Part shown: positions 13,207 to 25,090 of the stretch, piece after piece
Layout of the letters: every line of letters begins with the position of its first letter
How positions within the stretch are numbered: position 1 is the stretch's first letter
Source: Octopus sinensis
Taxonomy: Eukaryota
NCBI RefSeq assembly: GCF_006345805.1
Contig: NC_042997.1
Span: 52,638,001-52,702,000 of the forward strand
Reading direction: 5' to 3'
DNA: 64,000 nt
The notes under the pieces: generated by a model
Databases searched by the model: none
Told to the model about the DNA's origin: nothing
Seen by the model: the letters and a program-made list of their open reading frames with translations, nothing else
Position numbers and translations under genes: made by a program

Positions 13207-13367
13207 CCGGTGACGAATGTGCCTAATGAGGTCAGTCCCAGGAAGAACATGCAATTTCATTGGCCACCTGTGAATGTCAGAGTCGGTCGTGGTTGCGGCT
13301 GTTTGGCCTTCTGTTGCTGTTGTCACTCCTCTTTTTTTGAAAAAAAATCTTTCTATTTCAAGCAATG

Positions 13368-13474
13368 TAATAATGAATGTAATAATGTAAGATCATAAGA
13401 AATGTAATAATTAATGTAATAATGTAAGATCATAAGAAATGTAATAATTAATGTAATAATGTAAGATCATAAGA
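13368..13474. repeat. ~37-bp minisatellite, about 3 copies
   Basis: AATGTAATAATGTAAGATCATAAGAAATGTAATAATT repeated in tandem. Confidence 0.85.
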
Positions 13475-13482
13475 AATAACTG

Positions 13483-13928
13483 GGATCTTTTCGGTTTGAA
13501 CGGCAGTTTTTAACATAATTTCTAGGTAACTAAAAAATTTTAAACTTCGTATACTCGTAGAATGTGTTTATAAAACATCTTTTTCTCTTGGCTTTATTGA
13601 GAAAATTCTATAGTTTGTAAGATATTTGTTGTTTTTTCTTCTATTTCTTCAATTTCAACCAATCACTGACGTCCATTGAAGTAAACAACATTCTGTGCCG
13701 TATGAATATGTCCCTCGTTTAAGAAACAGATTGGGTTTATTTACATTTGTGAAGAAAAAATATACACTTCCCCCCACCCCTAACCCTAACCCTAACCCTA
13801 ACTAGCCCTAACTAACCCTAACCCTAAAATAGATTGAAATGCAATAGATCGATACTAGGGTCATAATTATGGGTGACAATTTCATATGACACCGCTAGAA
13901 AAAACTGCCGTTCAAACCGAAAAGATCC
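13483..13928. mobile_element. MITE with perfect 29-bp TIRs and 8-bp TSD (Merlin-like)
   Basis: TIR GGATCTTTTCGGTTTGAACGGCAGTTTTT (13483-13511) and its exact reverse complement (13900-13928). AATAACTG is duplicated at 13475-13482 and 13929-13936. GG-starting TIRs with an 8-bp TSD fit Merlin best, but the superfamily is inferred. Confidence 0.85.
13778..13827 (-). repeat. Interstitial telomeric-type (TTAGGG)n/(CCCTAA)n tract inside the MITE
   Basis: CCCTAACCCTAACCCTAACCCTAACTAGCCCTAACTAACCCTAACCCTAA. Confidence 0.85.
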
Positions 13929-14213
13929 AATAACTGTTAGCCCAATTAACAGTCTTCTAAACAACAAATACCTCGGTTAGTAGTTCATTCTTTCTAAGTC
14001 ACCCTTAACTTTTGGTTGCTACAATTTAGAAGATTGTTTATTTCCTCTTAACTTACGAAATATTTATTCCACTCACTTGGAATTTTAACGAAAGATAGAT
14101 ATTACATGTATCTAAATATGTGCAAAAATATCTAGTCTCAGCGTGTTTGTTAATCTTCTATAATAACTAGTTCAAAACACTTGTTCTTACTTACCCTTAT
14201 ATTATGGCCGCTA

Positions 14214-14248
<35 letters not shown>

Positions 14249-14288
14249 TGCCTGTCCATCTATCTACTCACACACACATATATGTATG

Positions 14289-14327
<39 letters not shown>

Positions 14328-15308
14328 GTCTGTGTGTATACCTACACGCACGCCTGTGCACTCATACATATACACACAAATAAACATTTATTTACATGCA
14401 CGTGTATATCCCAATACACGCACACAGTTACGCATAAATACTAACACATTCAAGCAATCTCTTCAATCATCATAAAAGTCACAGATGACCAGCCGGTATC
14501 TGAGTCAAAGGATCTTCTGAAGTACATTTGTATCAAGATTTAACGTAACTGTCGGCCAGAGACTTTGATGTAGGCATCTTGCTACTTAAAAAATTAATCA
14601 GGTGTCGATAAGAACATTCCAAGTAAACAGTTTACAGGGGAATGTTGGTGGTTTTCGGAGTGAACTGTGGCTAATGTTCGTCGTACTTTGATGCCACTGA
14701 GGTCGTTTGATTGCCTTTCATAAAAGAAACAGAAATTTAGTTTAATCTCTTTATGTCGATTTGTTACTATGACAACGTTCAAACATCTGTTTCAACGCCA
14801 TGTAACAGCCTCGATTTTCCAGTTGTACAATTTCAATGAGGGATAATTGAAAATAAAGCTTTCACGTCTTTGTTCATGCTGAATGGTAATGCAAGAACGA
14901 AATCAATACCTTTGAAGTCTTATTTTATTTAGTCTAGTAATTAATCCCACGATCCTAAGATCCTGTCATAAAAGTCTGTTAGTATGTTGATTAAGCTCAT
15001 TTAAAGAGCCGTCAATTAACCGTGTTCGGGTTACGCTCTGTAGATATTAGAAATATATTAATATTTGCTACTGTTGTTCAAGCAGATCTATGATCAAAAA
15101 GCAATCCAGTCATGACCATCCCATCTATTTTTTTTCAAATACAGTGTAGTGTATCCAACATTAAAAAAAAAGACAATTGGGTATAACCTAAAGGAAGTTT
15201 GGGTCATTTTAGTAGGGCGATCGAGTTCCCCCACTTCGTTGTTTTGTCTCAGTGTGTTTATATATATATATATATATATAATATATATATATATATATAC
15301 ATACATAT

Positions 15309-15644
15309 ATTCTTTTATTCTTTTATTTGCTTCAGTCATTTGACTGCGGCCATACTAGAGCACCGCCTTTAGTCGAGCAAATCGACCCCAGGACTTATTA
15401 TTTGTAAAACTAGTACTTATTCTATCGGTGTCTTTTGTCGAACAGCTAAGTTATGGGGACGTAAACAAACCAACATATATATATACGACAGTCTTCTTTC
15501 AGTTTTCGTCAACCAAATCAACTCACAAGGATTTGGTCGGCCCGAGGCTATAGTAGAAGACACTTGGCCAAGGTGCCACGCAGTGTGGGACTGGACCCGG
15601 AACCATATGCTTGGTAAGAAGCTACTTATCACACAGCCACTCCT

Positions 15645-15648
<4 letters not shown>
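15309..15648 (-). mobile_element. SINE family A (in duplication unit 1)
   Basis: Reverse complement of the 6665-7079 family, flanked by (TA)n. Confidence 0.85.
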
Positions 15649-15696
<48 letters not shown>

Positions 15697-17137
15697 GTGG
15701 CGACTCCGGCACTCGAGCTGTTCGCGTTTAGTCCGAGTACAAATTTAGTAATGTGAACGTGTATTTGCAAGTTGATTAAATTTCTGCCAACACTGACTTC
15801 AAGTGTGTAATTGCAGCCAATAACTCGGGCTCCTTTTATTTCTTTTTTTTTTTAGCCTGGTCGCAGTTCCTTTATTTTCCTTCAGCGTCTAGCCGTCGTC
15901 TTAGAGGTGCCCTGCGTCAAAAAATATCACTCATAGCAGACGTTCTCTCCACATCGTTCATACGTACCTGACTCGGGCTCAGAAGTTACAGCCGGAGCGA
16001 GTTATTATCTACAATCGTAAAAATTAAAAGTAATTCAAATTTAATCTTTTCTTGAAACAATTAATTTCTATAGAGATTAGGATTTAAATTCCAATCTATA
16101 AAATCTATGAAAAGTTTCCGTTCTGCAATATTCTTAAAGGAACGAAAAATTATCCAGCGACTCGGGCTAATACGAACGAACACACACACACACACACACA
16201 CACACATATGTCTGTGTGTATACCTACACGCACGCCTGTGCACTCATACATATACACACAAATAAACATTTATTTACATGCACGTGTATATCCCAATACA
16301 CGCACACAGTTACGCATAAATACTAACACATTCAAGCAATCTCTTCAATCATCATAAAAGTCACAGATGACCAGCCGGTATCTGAGTCAAAGGATCTTCT
16401 GAAGTACATTTGTATCAAGATTTGACGTAACTGTCGGCCAGAGACTTTGATGTAGGCATCTTGCTACTTAAAAAATTAATCAGGTGTCGATAAGAACATT
16501 CCAAGTAAACAGTTTACAGGGGAATGTTGGTGGTTTTCGGAGTGAACTGTGGCTAATGTTCGTCGTACTTTGATGCCACTGAGGTCGTTTGATTGCCTTT
16601 CATAAAAGAAACAGAAATTTAGTTTAATCTCTTTATGTCGATTTGTTACTATGACAACGTTCAAACATCTGTTTCAACGCCATGTAACAGCCTCGATTTT
16701 CCAGTTGTACAATTTCAATGAGGGATAATTGAAAATAAAGCTTTCACGTCTTTGTTCATGCTGAATGGTAATGCAAGAACGAAATCAATACCTTTGAAGT
16801 CTTATTTTATTTAGTCTAGTAATTAATCCCACGATCCTAAGATCCTGTCATAAAAGTCTGTTAGTATGTTGATTAAGCTCATTTAAAGAGCCGTCAATTA
16901 ACCGTGTTCGGGTTACGCTCTGTAGATATTAGAAATATATTAATATTTGCTACTGTTGTTCAAGCAGATCTATGATCAAAAAGCAATCCAGTCATGACCA
17001 TCCCATCTATTTTTTTTCAAATACAGTGTAGTGTATCCAACATTAAAAAAAAAGACAATTGGGTATAACCTAAAGGAAGTTTGGGTCATTTTAGTAGGGC
17101 GATCGAGTTCCCCCACTTCGTTGTTTTGTCTCAGTGT

Positions 17138-17184
<47 letters not shown>

Positions 17185-17189
17185 CATAT

Positions 17190-17527
17190 ATTCTTTTATT
17201 CTTTTATTTGCTTCAGTCATTTGACTGCGGCCATACTAGAGCACCGCCTTTAGTCGAGCAAATCGACCCCAGGACTTATTATTTGTAAAACTAGTACTTA
17301 TTCTATCGGTGTCTTTTGTCGAACAGCTAAGTTATGGGGACGTAAACAAACCAACATATATATATATACGACAGTCTTCTTTCAGTTTTCGTCAACCAAA
17401 TCAACTCACAAGGATTTGGTCGGCCCGAGGCTATAGTAGAAGACACTTGGCCAAGGTGCCACGCAGTGTGGGACTGGACCCGGAACCATATGCTTGGTAA
17501 GAAGCTACTTATCACACAGCCACTCCT

Positions 17528-17531
<4 letters not shown>
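17190..17531 (-). mobile_element. SINE family A (in duplication unit 2)
   Basis: Duplicate of 15309-15648. Confidence 0.85.
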
Positions 17532-17569
<38 letters not shown>

Positions 17570-18093
17570 ATATATATAGTGGCGACTCCGGCACTCGAGC
17601 TGTTCGCGTTTAGTCCGAGTACAAATTTAGTAATGTGAACGTGTATTTGCAAGTTGATTAAATTTCTGCCAACACTGACTTCAAGTGTGTAATTGCAGCC
17701 AATAACTCGGGCTCCTTTTATTTCTTTTTTTTTTAGCCTGGTCGCAGTTCCTTTATTTTCCTTCAGCGTCTAGCCGTCGTCTTAGAGGTGCCCTGCGTCA
17801 AAAAATATCACTCATAGCAGACGTTCTCTCCACATCGTTCATACGTACCTGACTCGGGCTCAGAAGTTACAGCCGGAGCGAGTTATTATCTACAATCGTA
17901 AAAATTAAAAGTAATTCAAATTTAATCTTTTCTTGAAACAATTAATTTCTATAGAGATTAGGATTTAAATTCCAATCTATAAAATCTATGAAAAGTTTCC
18001 GTTCTGCAATATTCTTAAAGGAACGAAAAATTATCCAGCGACTCGGGCTAATACGAACGAACACACACACACACACACACACACACACTCATT

Positions 18094-18174
<81 letters not shown>

Positions 18175-20691
18175 ATCTGTGTGTGTGTGGTTGTATGTAT
18201 GTATGTATGTAGGTATATATGCATGTATGTATGTTGTTCACTGGGGTATAAAAAATATTTAATACCTTTGTGAGAACTGTGAAAGCTTTTATTATGTTCA
18301 TAAGTAGAAACTAATTTTGAAAACTGTGAAACAAGAAAATCAATCGTGAAGAATAACTTCAAAGACTAAATGTAAACGCCTCAAATTAGTTAGTGAATCA
18401 TAATTATTTAGGTAGGTCGAGTAATAACCTACACTTATTTTTTCATATAGGCATTGGAAGAATTTAAGCTCATATTAATAAAATAGCAATCGATGAAAAA
18501 TACACTTCATCAAAACTGATATATACTCATATAAATATCCAATTATAACTTCTCAGTCGCAAACTGTCAAGGAAATGAACATACTTTCGTTTGGTGAAAA
18601 ATGTTTTCTAGTTACAGCTATACAATATAATAACTTGAAAAGAGCATATTTTACCTACTGGACCAGGACAGACGGGTCAATAAAAAAATTCCACAGACAA
18701 CAGTCCTACGCAGTAAAAAGAAAAAAACTGTATTTGTTAAAATTTTCAATAATTTTCTTACTAATTACCTTTATTAGTAAATCTATCGTTTTGTTGAAAA
18801 ATTATAGACTACTTACAAACACATGGACCCCCCCCCACACAACACACATGTATATGTATGTATATATAAAACCCTCTCCTAGAAGAATGCTGTGACAAGA
18901 GCTAGGGGTCCCTCAATCCCGGTGGTTTTACTGCGCGCCCTGACACCAACCAAGGGTATTTCTGCGTCCTTGCGCTCAGCTGAGTTGTCATCATATATGC
19001 TAGTTAACTCATGGCTGGAACTCTGACAGGTTCTGACATTGTAGGTCAGAGTACACTTGGGAACAAAAGTGGCTAAGAGTTGCTTCCACACTCCCCAAAA
19101 CTCCGGAGCTCCCAAACCATGCCCCACTACCGGATGCAGTTTAAAATTATACTCAGGACATAAAATCTGCGGTTTCATGTGATTATTAGTTATCTCGCTA
19201 CAGCCTGCCACTAGTTACTAATCACAGATACCCAGACAGTGGTACTCATGTTGTACAAGCGTTTATCACTATAATCCAATGCCATAGAAGTGTCTCTTTT
19301 AGATGACCTTATTTGCCATTCCATTTACTGAAAGTCCTACAGCGATGGAATAGTGGTGACGTGTGCAGACCTAATCAGTTGGAAGTGCACAGTAAGTTGC
19401 AACTTTCGTCTGCTACCTATGCTTCAAACCTTGTAGATCTGTAACGGAACTGAATAGTCATCTGAGAGGTGATGGTCGGAAAGTAGGAAATGCCATTGAC
19501 AACAAAGAAACACAACGACACGGCAATCATTTGTAAAGTTGGAACAATCACCATTTACAAAACCACGACAGCATAGATTATTGCTGCCTTGATTGATTTC
19601 TGCTGTGTATAATTTCTGTTGTGAGAATTTTGAGAATTTTTCGAGTTCTTTTTTTAAATGTAAGATTTCACTAATTATGAGAACAGTGATTCAAAACTTT
19701 TTGAAAAATTAAAATCGTTATTGTCTACAATGAGGCGTGTTTCGTTTGGTAGGGATTCTCTCTCAGGAAATTTTTGTCCGTACCCCAACACTGATAGTCC
19801 ACGAGTGATGCAAATTTCCCATCGGCCCCAAAACAAGAAACTGTCTTTCATAAGCTCTTGGACACACCAAATTATTATTCCTGTGTCTCTACTTTGGAAT
19901 ATAAACAAATTATAAAATAGATAACTTCTCTAAACAAACATATAACCGACCAAAATCATATCAAAAGTAATTAAGATTATAAATAACCATCTTTTTTCAG
20001 CCCAGTTTAATAGCTTTTCCTTATGTAACGATCATTATGTATTTCGGAAACTCAAACCACCAATGTTCTACCTTATGGGTTTCACATTATTTCTTCCTTT
20101 TTATAAAGTTTTTAATCAGTGCAACGTTGTAGTAACTATATTAGGAACATATTTCCTAAATTTTAGATTTTTTGACAATATTCTGATCAAACAACTGAGA
20201 ATTTCCAAAGCCCTTTTCTATTTCAATTTTCTTCACCATGAAGCAATACACATCCTTCATATATTGATAGTTAAATCTTCTATTCCGAATTTCCCCTCCG
20301 TTCGAAATCAATATACATTAACAACTTTAACAAAGTTTGCTTGGCCAGTACATCCATCGGAATAAAGATCCCTAATATATTCTGCAAAGGAGTTGTAACA
20401 CATACGATTAAAATAATAAATTAGATAATATAAATGAATAAATAAAGCGTGTGGAAGTTTAAACCTTTCCAGAAAAGAAACATTATTTTCTTTGATATTA
20501 TTTTAAAACTCAATTTATCTTCCTTTAAAATAAGACGTTTTACCAGTATTTATTTAATACTTAAAGGTGTGTAAAAAACAACTAAATCATAAATACAATT
20601 TTCTAACTGTTTACAGTAACATGAATCATCACTGATCTTTCGTTGCGTAGAAATCATGTAGTGTCAGTAAATACGCAGCTTAAAATATTAT

Positions 20692-20840
20692 TTTTTCTTT
20701 TATTCGTTTACTTGTTTCAGTTATTTGACTGCGGTCATGCCAGGGCACTGCCTTGAAGGGTTTTAAGTCAAACAAATTGACTCAAGGCCTTGTTTTCAAA
20801 GCCTAGTACTTATTCTATCGATCATATTGCCGAACCGCTA
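20692..20840 (-). mobile_element. SINE family A 3' tail fragment
   Basis: TTACTTGTTTCAGTTATTTGACTGCGGTCATGC...CCTAGTACTTATTCTATCG matches the family A tail. Confidence 0.7.
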
Positions 20841-20900
20841 ATTTGTCTAATTTCGTTAATTACCATTTATAGCATTTAAATAGAATGGGTTCAGTCTTGA

Positions 20901-21131
20901 GCATCAAAAGGGAACACTATGTAACTAGCAACAAAGTCCTGGAAAGAGCCAATAACCAAAGTATCGAATTGCTGATCATCATAAAACACTGTCTTCGAAG
21001 GTCATGATATGTAGCAAGAATGGAAGACTCGAAGTTCCCATACCAAATCTTATTTAGCGAGTTCACTTCAAGGAAAAGACCACGGGGTTGTCCATTCTGA
21101 AGGTACAAGGACCAACTAAGAAAAAAAAAAA
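20901..21131 (+). mobile_element. RTE-clade LINE ORF2 C-terminal fragment
   Basis: Reads ..HYVTSNKVLERA..SIE..LR...VARMEDSKFP.QILFSE...KRPRGCP..RYKDQLR, the typical RTE C-terminus. Confidence 0.75.
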
Positions 21132-21899
21132 CAGAAAAAAACTATCAGTGCCTTTTTTTTAAAATCAAAATTTGTAATGTTTTTCTGTAGTTTTATTTCC
21201 ATTTAACCAATGCGCAAATTTCTCACCGAAGACAAATAGATAAACAAATAAATAAAAGCTATACAAAAGCACAACCAGAAGAAGCATCTTCTTTTTACCT
21301 GAATAATTCCCTGAATCTAATATAATTTCAACAATGTGCTTTAGAGCGACCCAATGTCTTTGATATCTTTTCAAGACACTCTGTTTTTCTGGTTGCCATG
21401 TACACGCACTCAATAAATTTCCATGAGTAAACTAAGAAGAATGAATGTTTTACATAGAGCATTTTCCGATTCCTGTATCCACCATTCATGAAAAGCATCA
21501 ACTTTACTGTTCTATCCATTACTGCAATACAATGCATTGGTAACATTGGATATATATACACTTCTCACCGTCTTTCTCTTTTTATTTCCATTATGATTTG
21601 CCTTTCCATATTACCATCTCGCTTTCTCCGTGCTTGATTTTGGCTTTAGAATGCAATGTATTTATTTGGTTCTATTTCAGCTCACTAATGGAAGTTATTC
21701 TAATGTATGATTTCAATTAGTAGTAATTAGCCATTCCTTTAACCAACTTTGCTAATGGTTCTTTATTTACAATGTATTTAGTAGGCCGTCGGTGCTGTAA
21801 TTTTCCAGTCAACATATTTCTCTTCTCTCTATAATTTCTTTATATCGATATTGTACTTCAGCTGACTAGTCATAAGCAGGTTAGGATATCCCGCCACAT

Positions 21900-21966
21900 C
21901 CACTACCACCATCTTCACACTACTACTACTACTACTACTACTACTATACTACTACTACTACTGCTA

Positions 21967-22012
<46 letters not shown>

Positions 22013-22051
22013 GCTACTGCTGCTGCTGCTGCTGCTACTACTACTACTATA

Positions 22052-22097
<46 letters not shown>

Positions 22098-22250
22098 TAC
22101 TACTACTACTACTACTACTGCTACTACTACTACTGCTACTGCGGCTGCTACTAGTACAACAACAACAACAACAACAGCAACTACTACTACTGCTGCTGCT
22201 GCTGCTGCTACTGCCGCCACCGCCGCCACCACCACCACCACCACCACCAA
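21900..22250. repeat. Compound trinucleotide microsatellite (CTA/CTG/CAA/CAC)
   Basis: About 350 bp of changing triplet runs. Confidence 0.95.
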
Positions 22251-22676
22251 TGTTGTCTGTATGTGTACATAATAACCATTAAAAATAGACCTGATATGAA
22301 CATCTGAAAATACCAGGAGATGGAGTATTGGAAAATTAAGATGTTTGTGCATTTATTCACGGGCATATGTGGTGTAAGTGGTGTGAAATTACTGCAGCTG
22401 AGAATTAACCGAAAGGTTGCTTCCAGACTGCGTTGTTGGCTGGAGAAAATTTGATTATTTAACATAAGACCATTGTGTGTACAGGAGCTTGCAAAGTTGA
22501 TTGAAGCGAGCTGATACATTACTGGTTTTTATTTTATAATCATTGGATTGATAGAAAGTGAAGCCGTCGACATCAGGTGGAAGTCATTAGATGTTGTAAC
22601 TCATTCACTCCGATGCTCTGCCGTACGCACCAAAAACAATATAATAATTATATTATAATATTAAATAACAGACGTG

Positions 22677-22689
<13 letters not shown>

Positions 22690-22709
<20 letters not shown>

Positions 22710-22908
22710 TATAAAATATATATATAAAATACAAAATGGGACAAGAACGCAAAACATCCGGACAACCAGGTGATACAAAAAGGGACAACAAAACATCCAG
22801 ATAGACGATACAAAAAACACGGACGGGTTATTCGAAGCCTTTTATCTTCAGTCAAGAACCGGATCATCCTCGCAATTTCGGCTGATTAATCTTGAGATTG
22901 CTCCAATT

Positions 22909-22962
<54 letters not shown>

Positions 22963-23110
22963 AATTCAGATAAACGAATAAAATTAAAGGATATCAAGAG
23001 GAAGTGCGCTCGGTGAAAAGAAAGGTTGACATTTCGAGCATAGCTCTTCGCCAGGAAGAAGGGAGAAAATGAAAAGTCCAAAGAAGGAAAAGAAATCGCC
23101 AACAGTACGT
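22690..23110 (-). mobile_element. Penelope pseudo-LTR-like short repeats flanking a (TA)n tract
   Basis: Minus strand CTGGCGAAGAGCTATGCTCGAAATGTC (hammerhead-like core) and GAAATTGCGAGGATGATCCGGTTCTTGACTGAAGA with T-rich segments. Confidence 0.45.
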
Positions 23111-23130
23111 TTGTAATTATATTATATATA

Positions 23131-23415
23131 TGGCTGCGACTCTATATCGTCGCCGAATCCAAAAATTAGAACGCTTTCACCAGCATCAAATAGGAACACT
23201 ATGTAACTAACAAGAAAGTCCCGGAAAGAGCCAATAACCAAAGCATCGAATTGCTGATCATAAAACACTGTGTTCGAAGGTCAGGATATGTAGGAAGAAT
23301 GGAAGACTCGAAGTTCCCACACCAAATCTTATTTAGCGAGTTCACTTCAAGGAAAAGACCACGGGGTTGTCCATTCTGAAGATACAAGGACCAACTAAGA
23401 AACAAAAAAAAAAAA
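23131..23415 (+). mobile_element. RTE-clade LINE ORF2 C-terminal fragment (second copy)
   Basis: TLYRR.IQKLERFHQ... followed by a ~220-bp block highly similar to 20901-21120. Confidence 0.75.
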
Positions 23416-23871
23416 CTGCAAGCCACTGGACTCGAGCCTAAATCCTTTGAAACACAAACCCGAAACCGCACCAACCGGTGGTATTCCATCACTATCGGAT
23501 CCAAAAAGTTCGAAGCCATCAGAAGAGAAAAAGAAGAAATCAAACGATAGGAGAAAGGCTCGACAAATCAGCCTCGTCCTCCACCACCATGCAGTCAATG
23601 CCATCAGCAGTTAATGCAAGAATTGGTCTACTTAGTCATAAACGTCATCATCAAGAAAGTTGAAGAACTCTTATATATTTCTGGTACAAAGGCCCATCTT
23701 CAGAGATCAAAGTAATTTGTGTCTACGTTGATACTTAGATGTAAGTTGTATCCTTCTGAAGTTGGGTCTTTGCGTTTGAAATATATACAGGTTTTTTTAA
23801 CTTTCTTCTCTGCATTGTCAAAAGCTTTTCTCATTTCCATTTTCGTTTATTATCACACACACACACACACA

Positions 23872-23919
<48 letters not shown>

Positions 23920-24286
23920 GCACGCACGCACACACGCGCACGTACGCACATACGCGCACGCACACACACACGCACACAGTAGTGTTTCTCATAAGGAGAG
24001 GCTTGGGAGGATTGAAAGCGAAGTGGACAAAACGCAATGTTTAATAAGATTATTTCTAATTTAAGGATAAGACCAAACAATTTTGAAGGAAGTCGATATC
24101 ATTGACTTGTACCTAATGTTATCGATCTTGAAAGGACGAAAGCTAAATTTGAATTCAGAAGGTAAAGAGCCTGAGCAAAGTTTGCAAACTATTTTCCCGA
24201 CACTCCATTTCTTTCTTTTGCTACTATGGGTGCAAAATCTTTTTTGTCTTCTCATCAAAATATTTTGCTAATACATGTTGGTAGGA

Positions 24287-24500
24287 TAAGGCGGCGAGCA
24301 GGCAGAATCTTTAGCAGGTCGGGCAAAATACTTATCGGCATTTCGTCCGTCTTTACAGTCTGAGTTCAAATTCCGCTGAAGTCCATTTTGCCTTTCATTG
24401 TTCGGGGTCAATAAAATAAGTACCAGCTGAGTACTTGGGTCGATGTAATCGACTTACCCACCTCTCCTGAAATTGCTGGCTCTGTGCTAAATTTTGAAAC
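24287..24500 (+). mobile_element. tRNA-derived SINE, family B
   Basis: TAAGGCGGCGAGCAGGCAGAA...GAGTTCAAATTCCG...TTTGCCTTTCA...GGGTCGATGTAATCGACTTAC...AAATTTTGAAAC. Confidence 0.8.
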
Positions 24501-25090
24501 TAATTTATTTTGGTAGGATGAGAAAAGTGATATTTGCCGGCTATTGAGAGCCACACACATATTATATAACATATATATAATATATAGTGTATGATGCATA
24601 TATATATATATAATATATTGTATAAAATATTTTAATTTAAAATTTAAAATATTCAAAGTGTAATATATTGACTAAGATACAAGACCAAGGCTAATAAGAC
24701 TAGAGTATGATAAGACATGAGTATAATAAGACCGGAGAAATGACCTAAGTGTAGTTACATATTTATGCGAGTTAACTATGACGATGGTCATTTTCACTAC
24801 AGACACGAAAATACGTTAATAAATCGAAATACTCATGCAAGATGATGGCTGTAATTTCAGTTAGATGATTAATAGTATCTAGTTTCCTGTTCCACGGTTT
24901 TGAATTGAAATCTGATATTACCTAACTTTCATCTGCACTGTGTATCAAAAATATTTACCACTACATAATGGAGAATTTTAAAATGTTACTTTTATTTTAT
25001 ATTTTTTCCTGCATCAATATTTTGCCATTAACTAAATTAATTATAATTGTTTTGCTATACAAAACGGTATTTCGATAGATTAGAAGAATA

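Larger units (their letters stand above)
14292..18088. repeat. Tandem duplication of a ~1.88 kb unit (about 14292-16180 and 16181-18061), bounded by (CA)n tracts
   Basis: Sequence recurs with an offset of 1881-1882 bp. Outside microsatellites I noticed only one substitution by eye (A14542/G16424). ORFs 14594-14782 and 16476-16664 are identical. Confidence 0.95.
19650..21560 (-). pseudogene. Possible highly decayed Sola-like DDE transposase, interrupted by SINE and RTE fragments
   Basis: Only short motifs: RVHGN (~21400) and LYSDGCTGQ (~20360) in the expected order on the same strand. Confidence 0.25.

Noticed and set aside
13368-13474. CRISPR-like array
   Set aside because: Head-to-tail repeats without unique spacers in a eukaryotic context, so an ordinary minisatellite.
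13778-13827. True telomere or chromosome-fusion scar
   Set aside because: Only ~50 bp, degenerate, single orientation, and enclosed by MITE TIRs and a TSD.
21900-22250. Poly-amino-acid coding exon
   Set aside because: The reading frame is interrupted by slippage, and there are no splice signals or flanking coding sequence.
22826-22856. Additional hammerhead core (minus CTGAAGA...CGAAT)
   Set aside because: No credible helix II, and GAAT instead of GAAA.
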